Shown piece after piece: positions 47,076 through 56,727 of a stretch of 64,000 bases of DNA (the stretch's first letter is position 1; every line of letters starts with the position of its first letter). Source of the stretch: Nannocystales bacterium (GTDB taxonomy: Bacteria > Myxococcota_A > Polyangia > Nannocystales > Nannocystaceae). A program made the translations under genes and the position numbers. The stretch is taken from positions 70,057-134,056 of the forward strand of contig JBOEGF010000016.1 of assembly GCA_050633305.1 (NCBI GenBank), read 5' to 3'. The notes beneath the pieces were generated by a model, which did no database searches, was not told the origin of the DNA, and saw only the letters and a list, made by a program, of their open reading frames with translations.

Positions 47076-47483
47076 GTGCCGGTTCAGTTCGAGATCCCCG
47101 TCGCCTGGGGAGAGATGGATGCCTTCGGCCACGTCAACAACGTGGTGTTTCTGCGATGGTTCGAGACCGGTCGCATGGCGTTCTTCTCCGAGGTCGGGGT
47201 GACCCTTCGGGATATCGGCGATGGCTGTGGGCCCATCCTCGCCCAGACGAGCTGCACATTTCAGAAACCGGTGACGTTCCCCGACACCGTGACCGTGCAT
47301 ACCTCGATCGAACGCATCGGCACCAAGAGCTTCGTCATGCGCTACCGCGTGGAGAGTCAGGCTCTAGGGGAGACGGCGGCACAAGGCGATGGAACCATCG
47401 TCTGGTTCGACTACGGCAAGGGAACCTCGGTGCCTGTGCCCGACGAACTGCGCGCTCGGCTCGAGGCGCACCGCGTGCCGTAG
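47076..47483 (+). CDS. Acyl-CoA thioesterase (4HBT/YbgC family)
   Basis: WGEMDAFGHVNN...FETGR. Confidence 0.92.
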   Translation: MPVQFEIPVAWGEMDAFGHVNNVVFLRWFETGRMAFFSEVGVTLRDIGDGCGPILAQTSCTFQKPVTFPDTVTVHTSIERIGTKSFVMRYRVESQALGETAAQGDGTIVWFDYGKGTSVPVPDELRARLEAHRVP

Positions 47484-47492
47484 AGGCCGTCC

Positions 47493-48128
47493 CTAATTTG
47501 GTGAAGCGCCCAGGGCGGTCCCGTGCGAGCCCACACCGGCTTGGTGCCGAACATCGGACGCTGCATCGGCGGCGACACGGTCCATCCACCGCGCCCGAGT
47601 CTCGGCGCTGCTGTGCAGGACTTCGGGAAAGATCCGGGTTCGGATCGGTGAGAAGCCGGTGTACCAGAGCGTCGCACGCTGCATCGAGCGGCGCGCGCTG
47701 GCGCTGTAGAACCAACGGTCGAACCACCCGGGCGCGTCCATCGTGACCAGAAGTCGAGCGCTGCGCCCCGCGAGGAGCCCCTCTGGTCGGCCCTTGGGGC
47801 GTGCGTTGAACGCCCAGCCGGGCAGGAACGCCCGGTCGATGAAACCCTTGAGCAGCGCGGGGGGTGCTCCCCACCAAACCGGGTAGACCCAGGTCACGTG
47901 GGTGGCCCACTCGATCTGCTCTCGCGCGCGCAGCAGATCGGGCTCAAGCGGCTGTGGCTCCTCGAATCCGGCCCTCAACAGCGGGTCAAAGCTCAGCTCG
48001 GAGAGGTTCAACACCCTGGATTCGGCGCCGGAGTATCTCGCCGCCCGGGCATAGGCCTGGGCGATCGATCCGCATAGACTCTCGGGGCGCGGGTGCCCCA
48101 AGAGGACCAGTGTTCGTACGTCGCTCAC
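47493..48128 (-). CDS. NAD(P)H-dependent oxidoreductase (flavodoxin-2/quinone reductase family)
   Basis: GHPRPES; YPVWWGAPPALLKGFIDR. Confidence 0.9.
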   Translation of the reverse strand: MSDVRTLVLLGHPRPESLCGSIAQAYARAARYSGAESRVLNLSELSFDPLLRAGFEEPQPLEPDLLRAREQIEWATHVTWVYPVWWGAPPALLKGFIDRAFLPGWAFNARPKGRPEGLLAGRSARLLVTMDAPGWFDRWFYSASARRSMQRATLWYTGFSPIRTRIFPEVLHSSAETRARWMDRVAADAASDVRHQAGVGSHGTALGASPN

Positions 48129-48184
48129 GGACGAAGCCTGGCCCCGACCCCACCCGAGAGCCACCGGAAGTCCTGCACAGCCCC

Positions 48185-49066
48185 ATGCACCAATCGCCAC
48201 CCCCACACGCATCGGTCCACTGGGATGACCTGCGGGTGTTCGTGGCCGTGGCGGATGTGCAGAGCTTCTCCGCCGCGGCGCGTAGCTTGGGCGTCGAGCC
48301 ATCGACCATCGGGCGACGCATCAAGCGGCTCGAGGACGTCCTTGGAGTGACGCTGTTTGAGCGGCACTCCGATGGTCTGCGGCCCACGGCGGCGTCGAAG
48401 CCGTTGCTACAACACGCGCGAGATGCCGCGCGGAGCATCGACACGCTCGTTGCGACCGCGCGGGAGCACCCGAACGCCGGAGGCAGAGTTCGGGTCGCAT
48501 GCACGGCGGCGATGGCCGACCTGGTGCTCGTTCCCAACATGCAGAGCTTTCTGTCCGAGCATCCCGCGCTGCGAATCGACTTGGAGACGGGGCTGGAGTT
48601 TGTCGATGTCTCGCGGGGGCAGGCCGATGTCGCACTTCGCAGCCGGCGTCCGAGTGAGCACGGCCTGGTGTCGCGGAAACTCGCGACCATGCATTTCGCT
48701 CCTTTTGCAACCAAGGCCTATGCCGCTGCGCACCGCGCCGAGCCGCCATCGTTGTGGGACTGGCTGCTCGTTCGTGCCGATGTCGTGGAGACGGCGTGGT
48801 TTGAGAAGCACCTGGGGGTTGAGCCTCGGCTGACCATGCACTCGTTCAAGGCGCAACTCGACGCGGTTCGACAAGGCCTGGGCGTTGGACTGATCGCCAG
48901 CAAGGCCGCGGCGATGTTCGATGACCTGGTGGAACTCGCCTTGCCTGGACTTCCCGAGCCCGCACCCTTCGAGCTGTGGCTGGTCACGCAACAAGAGCGC
49001 AGGCAGCAGCCGCATGTCCGCGCGGTGATCGACTGGCTCACCCGGTTGGTGGAGGAGATGGAGTGA
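48185..49066 (+). CDS. LysR-family transcriptional regulator
   Basis: WDDLRVF...SFSAAARSLG..PSTIGRRIKRLE...LFER; divergent from the oxidoreductase gene. Confidence 0.93.
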   Translation: MHQSPPPHASVHWDDLRVFVAVADVQSFSAAARSLGVEPSTIGRRIKRLEDVLGVTLFERHSDGLRPTAASKPLLQHARDAARSIDTLVATAREHPNAGGRVRVACTAAMADLVLVPNMQSFLSEHPALRIDLETGLEFVDVSRGQADVALRSRRPSEHGLVSRKLATMHFAPFATKAYAAAHRAEPPSLWDWLLVRADVVETAWFEKHLGVEPRLTMHSFKAQLDAVRQGLGVGLIASKAAAMFDDLVELALPGLPEPAPFELWLVTQQERRQQPHVRAVIDWLTRLVEEME

Positions 49067-50898
49067 CCCGCTTGTGCACACAGACCCAAGCCAAGACCGT
49101 GCTGCGGGAGATGTTCGGGTACAGGAGCTTTCGCCCCGGACAAGTCGATGCCGTCGCGCACGCGTGCGCTGGAGACGATGTTGTCGTGGTCCTGCCGACC
49201 GGGCTGGGCAAGTCGGTCTGCTACCAAGTCCCCGCGATCGCAGCCGGACGGCGCGGCCTCGGTGTGACCATCGTGGTTTCGCCGCTCATCGCCCTGATGC
49301 AGGACCAGGTGACACAGCTGATCGGCCGCGGGGTTTCAGCCGCTGCCCTGCACAGCCATCTGAGCAATGAAGAAAGCCGCGAGGTCGTCGATGACCTGCT
49401 GGGCGGCACCCTCACGCTACTGTACGTCTCGCCCGAGAGGGCGGGAAAGGCGAGCTTTCGTCGGCTACTGCAGCGGGTTGACGTTGCGTTGATCGCCATC
49501 GACGAGGCGCATTGCGTCAGCCAGTGGGGCCACGACTTCAGGCCCGACTACATGCGGCTCCACGAGCTACGCGAGGCCTGCTCGGCGCCGACGATTGCGC
49601 TGACTGCCACCGCCACGCCTCGGGTGGTCGAGGAGATCGCGCAGAAGCTCGAGCTGCCGAAGCCGGTCCTGGTTCGCGGAGACTTCCGGAGGCCAAACCT
49701 GCGCTTCGTGGTGCGGCATGCTCGAACCGCCAAGCAGCGTCTCGAGATCCTCGAAGGCGAGCTGGCCGCTCTAGGTCTGAACACGAAGAAGGGGGAGGGG
49801 CGGGCGGTGATCTACTGCAGCACCCGCAAGACCGTCGAGTCAGTGGCCAAGGCTCTGCGCGCGAAGAAGGTTGCCGTGGGCCACTACCACGCGGGGCGCA
49901 CACCGTTGGCCCGGGACCGAGCCCAGCGCTCCTTGTCGGAGGGGCGTACCCGGGTTCTGGTGGCCACCAACGCGTTTGGCATGGGCATCGACATGCCCGA
50001 TGTCCGCCTGATCGTGCACTACCAGACGCCGGGCAGCCTCGAATCTTACTATCAGGAGGCCGGGCGCGCAGGCCGTGACGGAGCGCCGTCTCGTTGCGTG
50101 CTGTTCTTCGGGGCGGCCGACATGGTCACGCAGCGGCGCTTGATGGGCACCTCTGGTACAGCAGCGGTGCTTCGGCATCGCGTCGCATCGCTCGCGGCGA
50201 TGGAGGCCTATGCAAATGCGAGGGAGTGCCGACAGGCTATGTTGTGCGGCCACTTTGACCCCGACACGCATCATCAGGACTGTCTGAATTGCGATGTGTG
50301 TACCCCGGAAGGTCCTCTCGATGAGACTTCCGTCCGGGCCGCGCCGACCCCGACCGAGACGCTTTCGGACACCGCGCTCGAGGTGATCGTGGAGGCCGTG
50401 GACGCGCTGAGAAAGCCGGTGGGGAAGTCCTCGCTGGCCAAGGCGTTGCGAGGCAGCAAGGCTCGGGCACTGAACAAGCTCGGGCTTCGAGAGCTGCCGC
50501 AGCATGGGGCGCTCCACGAATACGATGAGAAGTCGGTCGTCGCCGCGATCGAGAGCTTGCTGCAGAACGGGTCTCTGGCGCGGGCCGGTCGCAAGTATCC
50601 GACGGTGTGGATGCCCGGAAAACCGATCCGAGCCCGACGGGCGACAGGAGCCACGGGCGCGGCAAGTCCCCGCCGTCACTCCTCACTCGCCACCGAGCTG
50701 GAGCGCTACCGCAAGCGCATGGCCGGCAGGCTCAAGTGGAAGGCGTACATGGTTTTCCAGCGCCAAGCGATCCTCGCCATTGCGAAGGCGCAGCCCTCGA
50801 CCTTGGACGAACTTCTGCTCATTCCCGGGCTGGGACCCGCAAAGGTGGAGCGATTCGGCGCAGACATTCTAGAGTTGGTTCGCGAGCACGGGCCCTGA
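49063..50898 (+). CDS. recQ: RecQ-family ATP-dependent DNA helicase (with RQC and HRDC domains)
   Basis: PTGLGKS, DEAHCVSQWGHDFRPDY, ATNAFGMGID, QEAGRAGRDG, Zn-binding CRQ...CLNCDVC, HRDC tail. Confidence 0.93.
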   Translation: MTRLCTQTQAKTVLREMFGYRSFRPGQVDAVAHACAGDDVVVVLPTGLGKSVCYQVPAIAAGRRGLGVTIVVSPLIALMQDQVTQLIGRGVSAAALHSHLSNEESREVVDDLLGGTLTLLYVSPERAGKASFRRLLQRVDVALIAIDEAHCVSQWGHDFRPDYMRLHELREACSAPTIALTATATPRVVEEIAQKLELPKPVLVRGDFRRPNLRFVVRHARTAKQRLEILEGELAALGLNTKKGEGRAVIYCSTRKTVESVAKALRAKKVAVGHYHAGRTPLARDRAQRSLSEGRTRVLVATNAFGMGIDMPDVRLIVHYQTPGSLESYYQEAGRAGRDGAPSRCVLFFGAADMVTQRRLMGTSGTAAVLRHRVASLAAMEAYANARECRQAMLCGHFDPDTHHQDCLNCDVCTPEGPLDETSVRAAPTPTETLSDTALEVIVEAVDALRKPVGKSSLAKALRGSKARALNKLGLRELPQHGALHEYDEKSVVAAIESLLQNGSLARAGRKYPTVWMPGKPIRARRATGATGAASPRRHSSLATELERYRKRMAGRLKWKAYMVFQRQAILAIAKAQPSTLDELLLIPGLGPAKVERFGADILELVREHGP

Positions 50899-50944
50899 GG
50901 GGTGGACGGCTGTCATCGTTGGGCCCACCTCGAGCCGCGACACG

Positions 50945-53900
50945 ATGGTGCTCAGTGCTCCGACCATGAGAGAATCCGCCGTGTCCTCGGAGCAGTCGGT
51001 CGGCGACTCAAACGACGAAGACGGTTCGGCGACGCAGGCGTTTGCTGCGAAGGAACAATCCTCTCGCGACGCGGAGTCGGCTCGCGCCGAGCACACGGGG
51101 CAGATCGGTACGACGGTCAGCCGATACGTCGTGCTCGAACGGGTGGGCATGGGCGGGGTGGGGAAGGTCTTGCGCGCCTACGACCCTCGGCTACAACGAG
51201 AAGTGGCGGTCAAACTTCTGCGGGTCAACGCGCTGTCTCCCGAGGCCTCCGCTCGGCTTGTGAACGAAGCGCGCGCGATGGCGAAGGTTTCGCATCCCAA
51301 CGTCGTCCCCGTGTACGACGTTGAGACACTCTCCGACGGCCAGATCGTGCTGGTCATGCAGTACGTCGCAGGCGACACGCTTCGCAGTTGGAGTCGTAGG
51401 GCGCACCCGTGGCGGGAGGTGGTCGACACGCTGGTTGCAGCTGGGCGCGGGCTCGTGGCTGCCCACACGGCCGGGATCCTTCACCGCGACTTCAAGCCCG
51501 CCAATGTCCTCCTCTCTGACGACGGACGGGTCAAGGTCACCGACTTCGGCCTTGCGAAGACCACCGCGAGCACGATGTCGATGCCCACCGGGGAGGGCAT
51601 TGTGGCTCCGGTTCCCGAGCCTCCCGAGACGGAGACGAAAGCCGGCGTTGTGCTCGGAACTCCGCGCTACATGGCGCCCGAGCAGCATGCGGGCTCAGAA
51701 CTCTCACCGGCCGCCGACCAGTACGCTTTTTGCGTGACGCTGTGGGAGGCCCTGACTGGCAAGCCGCCATTTACGGGGGTGGGACTCTCGAAACGAAAGT
51801 ATGGCGGGCCTCCGCCGTGGCCTGGCGAGGGCGTGCCGCGGCACATCGTCGATGCGCTGGAGCGCGGCATGGCTCCGGCAGCAGACGCGCGCTGGCCCTC
51901 GATGGAGGCCTTGCTGCAGGCGCTCGAACACGACCCCGCGAAGCGCCGCAGGGCGGCGCTGGCGCTCTTGGGCGTCGGCGCGCTGGTGGTCTCGACGGGG
52001 GTGTTCGGGTGGAAAGCCTATTCGGCGGAGGCCCCCGCCGTTTGTGTCTCCGGGCGGGGCGAGTTGGAGGCGGCCTGGGGGGACGTGCGTCGGGCGGAGA
52101 CCAAGTCGGCCCTTCTCGCCGACGACTCTGCGTACACCCGCCGGCTGTGGACTCGAACCGAGTCTCGACTCGATGCGTACAGCGAAGCGTGGGTCGAAGG
52201 CTACGAGGAGGCGTGCCGTGCCACGTCGGTGCAGGGCGTGCAGTCGGAAGTGGTCTTGGACCTGCGGATGGCGTGTTTGCGTTCGGTCGAGCTCGATCTG
52301 CGCGCTGTCACAGGCGTCCTCGCCAACGCAGACGGGGATGTTCGCCAGCATGTGGATGCTGTGTTGGATGGTCTGCCTCCGGTCGAAGGCTGTGCGGACA
52401 TCGAACGCATGCGGTCTGAGGTAGAGCCGCCTCTTTCCGCCGATGCAGACCGGGTTCGACGGGCTCGGACGCTGCTCGCCGAAGCCGCGGCCGAACGCAA
52501 CGCCGGCCTGTTTGAACCCGCGCTGGGGCGCGTCCGGGAATCCGAGGTGACGTTGGTGGGGGTCGACTACGTGCCGGTTCGCGCCGAGTTGCACCTCGAA
52601 CGGGGAAAGGTCTTGGACGCTCTTGGACGGTACGAGGACGCGGTGCAGCCGTTGCAGGAGGCGGCCCGTCTCAGCGCCGCTGTCGACCGTCGGGCGCAGT
52701 TGCGAGACGCGACGACTCGCCTCATGTTCGTCCTGGGCAAGCGTCTGGCGCGATTCGATGAGGCCCTCGCGCTGCGCCCGATTGTCGAGGGGTTGGCGCA
52801 GGGGCATCCGCTGGAGGAGGCGGACGTCGCGAATACCCTGGCGCTGGTCCTGGTCGAAAAGGGAGACATACAGGACGCCGAGTCCGAGCAGCGCAAGTCG
52901 TTCCGGCTCCGGCTCGGAGCGCTTGGGCCCGCCCACCCATCGCTGGCAAACTCCCACCACTCTCTCGCACTTGTACTCACCGCGCAGAGTCGACATGCGG
53001 AGGCCCAGCGGGAGCATGAAAAGGCGATGGGCATCTGGGAGGCCGCGCTTGGTCCTGAGCACCCCAATGTCTCGATGTCGATGGTCAACGTCGCAACGGA
53101 GTACTTCAACCAGGGCATGTACGACGAGTCCGAGGCGGCGCATCGTCAGGCGCTCAGCTTGCGGACTGCCGCCCTAGGCGCGGAGCACCCAGAGGTGCTG
53201 CATGCCCGAGTGAACTTCGCCCTCGCGCTGTGCCGACAGGGGCAGTGGAAGGTGTGTGACGGCGAACTCGAGGCCACGTTGACGCTGCAGGAGAGAGTCC
53301 TTGGTCCCGAGCACCGCGCGCTGGCTCGGACCCACATCAACTTGGCCGTATCCAAGCAGGCGCAGGGCCTGTTCGACGACGTCGGGTTGCACCTACAGCG
53401 TGGTCTGGAGATCTCCGAGGCGACACTGGGCCCCGATCACCACGACACGGCGGTGGCACGGATCAACATCGCCAACAACCTCGCACGACAGGGGAAACAC
53501 GCCGAGGCTGCAAGTGCCTACCGCAAGGCCCTTGTGACCCTGGAGCGGACGCAGGGGAAGCACCATTCTTCCGTGGCCACCGCGTGTAACAACCTGGCCG
53601 CGATGCTCGAACAGCAAGCCCAGTTCTCGGACGCCGAGCACTTCTACCGTCGCGCGTTGACGATCCGTCTCGAGACCCTGGGAGAGGCGCATCCCCAGAT
53701 CGCGACCGTTCGGACCGCGTTGGCGCGAGTGTTGCTCGAGCGCGGAGAGGCGCAAGAGGCCGTGCGGCTGGCAGAGCGGGCGTGGGCCAACGCGGACCGT
53801 GCCGCGCCGCTCACATGGGGAGAGGCGGCGTTTATCCTCGCGAAAGCCACGGTCCTTGCTGCGCCTTCCTCCGAGTCGCGCGCTCGAGCCAAGACCTTGT

Positions 53901-53989
53901 TGGTCTCGGCCCGGGAGGGCTACTCGGAGGCCGAGGCCGAGGACGACCTCGAGCTCGTCGAGGCCTGGGCTCGGCGGAACAAGATCTAG
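50945..53989 (+). CDS. Ser/Thr protein kinase with TM and TPR repeats
   Basis: GMGGVG, VAVK, HRDFKPAN, DFG, YMAPEQ; LGPEHP-type TPRs. Confidence 0.95.
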   Translation: MVLSAPTMRESAVSSEQSVGDSNDEDGSATQAFAAKEQSSRDAESARAEHTGQIGTTVSRYVVLERVGMGGVGKVLRAYDPRLQREVAVKLLRVNALSPEASARLVNEARAMAKVSHPNVVPVYDVETLSDGQIVLVMQYVAGDTLRSWSRRAHPWREVVDTLVAAGRGLVAAHTAGILHRDFKPANVLLSDDGRVKVTDFGLAKTTASTMSMPTGEGIVAPVPEPPETETKAGVVLGTPRYMAPEQHAGSELSPAADQYAFCVTLWEALTGKPPFTGVGLSKRKYGGPPPWPGEGVPRHIVDALERGMAPAADARWPSMEALLQALEHDPAKRRRAALALLGVGALVVSTGVFGWKAYSAEAPAVCVSGRGELEAAWGDVRRAETKSALLADDSAYTRRLWTRTESRLDAYSEAWVEGYEEACRATSVQGVQSEVVLDLRMACLRSVELDLRAVTGVLANADGDVRQHVDAVLDGLPPVEGCADIERMRSEVEPPLSADADRVRRARTLLAEAAAERNAGLFEPALGRVRESEVTLVGVDYVPVRAELHLERGKVLDALGRYEDAVQPLQEAARLSAAVDRRAQLRDATTRLMFVLGKRLARFDEALALRPIVEGLAQGHPLEEADVANTLALVLVEKGDIQDAESEQRKSFRLRLGALGPAHPSLANSHHSLALVLTAQSRHAEAQREHEKAMGIWEAALGPEHPNVSMSMVNVATEYFNQGMYDESEAAHRQALSLRTAALGAEHPEVLHARVNFALALCRQGQWKVCDGELEATLTLQERVLGPEHRALARTHINLAVSKQAQGLFDDVGLHLQRGLEISEATLGPDHHDTAVARINIANNLARQGKHAEAASAYRKALVTLERTQGKHHSSVATACNNLAAMLEQQAQFSDAEHFYRRALTIRLETLGEAHPQIATVRTALARVLLERGEAQEAVRLAERAWANADRAAPLTWGEAAFILAKATVLAAPSSESRARAKTLLVSAREGYSEAEAEDDLELVEAWARRNKI

Positions 53990-54414
53990 GCGTTCTCGCG
54001 TTCCTGGCGGACTTCGGATGCACCCTCGATTGCGATGCCCGAGATCGCGGTGAGGGTCTCTGTCCATGCCGTTTGGAGCGCGGGCGTCCACGCTTCGGCG
54101 CTGACCTGCTCCAAGGTCGCGACGAGGCACTCGCCAACCCAAGCGTACATGCGGTCCTCGACGCCGTAGTCGACGTGTTTTCGGCCCACAGAGAGCATCG
54201 TGGTGCGGACAAACTCGGGGTCGTCGACGTTGGCGACGAGCATGCCCACGGCCTCTGTCAGCATCTTGGCCTGCTCCTCCTGCGAGTTTCGACCGAAGAG
54301 CGGCTTGGCCTCGGGATACCGTTCGAACAGAAGGCCGTAGAAGATGAGCATCAAGTCGGGGTCGCGCGAAACGACGAGCTCGAGGTTATCCTGAAGGAGT
54401 TGTGCGTTTGACAC
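53986..54414 (-). CDS. Single-domain globin (flavohemoglobin-like globin domain)
   Basis: FY..LFERYPEAKPLF...Q..ML...GRKHVDYGV...Y..VGECL...AW. Confidence 0.9.
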   Translation of the reverse strand: MSNAQLLQDNLELVVSRDPDLMLIFYGLLFERYPEAKPLFGRNSQEEQAKMLTEAVGMLVANVDDPEFVRTTMLSVGRKHVDYGVEDRMYAWVGECLVATLEQVSAEAWTPALQTAWTETLTAISGIAIEGASEVRQERENA

Positions 54415-54430
54415 GGCGAGGTTATGCCAC

Positions 54431-54457
54431 AAAACAGGCATCTGACATGCCTGTTTT
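54431..54457. promoter_or_regulatory. Perfect inverted repeat upstream of the globin gene (Rrf2/NsrR-like operator candidate)
   Basis: AAAACAGGCAT-CTGAC-ATGCCTGTTTT. Confidence 0.65.
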
Positions 54458-54615
54458 TTTCTCGAAGGGTGTTGGTCGCCGAACGCTGCGGGAGGGGCGC
54501 GTCGCCAAAAGAGGGCTCTGGAGTGCCCTGGCGTGCCCCTTGGGGCGGATCCCTCCGGGTTTCAGAGCGTCCGTTGCCTCCACGGCGGGTAGAGTTCCGC
54601 TGAACTCGGTTCGCC

Positions 54616-55083
54616 ATGACGACACGCACTGCCACGCTCGAAGACGCTGCTGCGCTCGCCGAGTTGAACCACCACGTCCATGACATACACGTCGAAGCGG
54701 AGCCCGAGCGCTACTCCGTGACGGACGACGCCGCGGTTGCGGAACAGTTCCGTATGTTCATCCGGGGCGTTGCTACGGAAGTTCTGCTCGCGGAGCGCGG
54801 CGGGGTCGCGATCGGCTACGTGGTTGTCGTGGGTGTTGAGCGGCCGGCTCAGGCGTTCGCGCATGCCCGTCGATGGGCGCTGGTCGATCAGATTGCGGTC
54901 GCTCCCCATGCTCGACGGACAGGGGTCGGTCGAGCACTGATGGATGCGGCCGCACAAAGCGCCCGACGTCGCGGCTACCCGGAGCTACAGCTCGATGTTC
55001 GGGCGCACAACAAAGGTGCGCGCGCCTTCTACGAGTCTTTAGGCTATCGCGTGGCGCAGTCGCGGATGCAGAAGTCCGTCTGA
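54616..55083 (+). CDS. GNAT-family N-acetyltransferase
   Basis: VAPHARRTGVGRALM...N.GARAFYESLGY. Confidence 0.92.
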   Translation: MTTRTATLEDAAALAELNHHVHDIHVEAEPERYSVTDDAAVAEQFRMFIRGVATEVLLAERGGVAIGYVVVVGVERPAQAFAHARRWALVDQIAVAPHARRTGVGRALMDAAAQSARRRGYPELQLDVRAHNKGARAFYESLGYRVAQSRMQKSV

Positions 55084-55271
55084 ACTCGCCGCTCTAGTCG
55101 GGGCGGAGCTCCGCGAGGATGCTGAGGCTCGCGGCGATGAACGCCCCCCAGAGCATGACGTTGATCATGTTGTGACCATGCAGTCGAAACGGGCACGGGG
55201 CGATGGGGCGCTTCGTCGCGTGACAGGTTGCCACGTGACAAATCGTCGCTCCTCGCTGTTAGGATCTGCGC

Positions 55272-55682
55272 GTGATCCGATCCACGACGATGTTGCTCAC
55301 CGCCTGTCTTCTGCTCCCTGGGTGCGACGACAAGAAAGCCGACGAGACGAAGACCGAAGAAATCAAGTGGCCAGAGACGCCTGCCGACGGCTCCAACCTT
55401 GCAGTCGAGGTGCTCGCGGTCGAGGAGGATGGTGCGAAGATCAAGGCGTACAACTTCGCCGACAAGGGGGTCTCGAAGATCAGTCTCCGCCAGCGCTACC
55501 TCGACGAGGGCGGGAAGGAGGTCGGTACGTTCCCATTCATGTGGGCGGGAAGCATCGGTGCGAAGTCGGTCGGTGAGTTCGAAACCGTGATCATGAGCAG
55601 GCCCGAGGGGATGAAGACGGTGGGGTTTGTCGTGCGTAAGGTGGTGTACGCAGACGGAACCGAGTGGAAACTCCAGGAATAG
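55272..55682 (+). CDS. Hypothetical lipoprotein (beta-sandwich)
   Basis: Lipobox LPGC-DDKK; ends VRKVVYADGTEW. Confidence 0.75.
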   Translation: MIRSTTMLLTACLLLPGCDDKKADETKTEEIKWPETPADGSNLAVEVLAVEEDGAKIKAYNFADKGVSKISLRQRYLDEGGKEVGTFPFMWAGSIGAKSVGEFETVIMSRPEGMKTVGFVVRKVVYADGTEWKLQE

Positions 55683-55873
55683 GCGCGACTTCCGATCGCG
55701 CGCGCCTCTGCAGACGCAAGGGCATCCTGGAGCACGAATCGGGTCCAGTGTGCCCTACCGGTGTCCCAAGACGACACAGAGCAGCGCGAGGGGTCGACGG
55801 ACCGTGAAAGCGGCCGAGTCTCTGGTCAGGACCAACCGGCCTCGACCCAGGCCACCACGGAAGCGATTCAGAC

Positions 55874-56707
55874 ATGACCCTCTCGATGCTCAGCAACCCG
55901 ACGAGCCTTGGCGCTCAGAAGCACTTCAACAACACACAGAAGGGCCTCGGTAAGTCCATCGGACGATTGAGCTCCGGCTTGCGGATTCAGTCCGCAGCCG
56001 ACGACGCAGCAGGTATGGGAATTTCTTCCGTGATGGTCGCGGACATCCGAAGCGTCGTACAGGCGGAACGGAACGCCAACGATGCCATCTCGATGATTCA
56101 GATCGCCGAAGGGGCGATGAGCGAGCAGTCCGGCATCATGTCTCGACTGCGAGAGCTGGCGGTGCAGAGTGCCAACGGTGCCCTCTCCGCCAACGAGCGA
56201 GCCTTTATCGAGGTCGAGCATCAACAGCTCGTTGCCGAGTTGCAGCGCATCGCTGCCGGCACAGAATTCAACAGCTTCGAGATGCTCGGTGCAGATGCGG
56301 GCGTGTACTCGATGCAGGTCGGAAAGGACGGGGTCGGCGGTATCGACACGATCGACGTGACCTTCACCCCGACCCACACCAACGCCCTTGGAGTGAACGC
56401 CATGGATTTCACGACCGTGGCGGGCTCGCAAGCAGCCCTCGGAACGATCGACGCCGCGATCGGCGTCCTCTCCACGGCTCGGGCCGACGTTGGCGCGTTG
56501 CAGAACCGCCTCGAGGTCACCGTCTCGAACCTGCGGGTTGAGGAAGAGAACCTCACCGCAGCGAACGGGAGGATCCGCGATGTGGACGTCGCTCGAGAGA
56601 CAGCGACGCTCACCCGCAACCAGATCATGTCCCAAGCGGGCACGGCGATGCTGGCCCAGGCGAACCAGCTCCCCTCGGCCGCGGTTCAGTTGCTCGGTGG
56701 CAACTAG
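55874..56707 (+). CDS. fliC: Flagellin (minimal D0/D1 type), orphan in this window
   Basis: RLSSGLRIQSAADDAAG, NANDAISMIQIAEGA, RLRELAVQSANG, RADVGALQNRLE, RIRDVDVA, AMLAQANQ. Confidence 0.93.
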   Translation: MTLSMLSNPTSLGAQKHFNNTQKGLGKSIGRLSSGLRIQSAADDAAGMGISSVMVADIRSVVQAERNANDAISMIQIAEGAMSEQSGIMSRLRELAVQSANGALSANERAFIEVEHQQLVAELQRIAAGTEFNSFEMLGADAGVYSMQVGKDGVGGIDTIDVTFTPTHTNALGVNAMDFTTVAGSQAALGTIDAAIGVLSTARADVGALQNRLEVTVSNLRVEEENLTAANGRIRDVDVARETATLTRNQIMSQAGTAMLAQANQLPSAAVQLLGGN

Positions 56708-56727
56708 CGGCCTGAGCAGGGAAACGC

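Noticed and set aside
55683..55873. Hairpins in the flagellin leader (GGGCA..CTGGA/TCCAG..TGCCC; CCGT-GAAA-GCGG) as a c-di-GMP riboswitch or sigma-28 promoter
   Set aside because: Consensus elements of either could not be matched by eye; an Rfam scan is needed.
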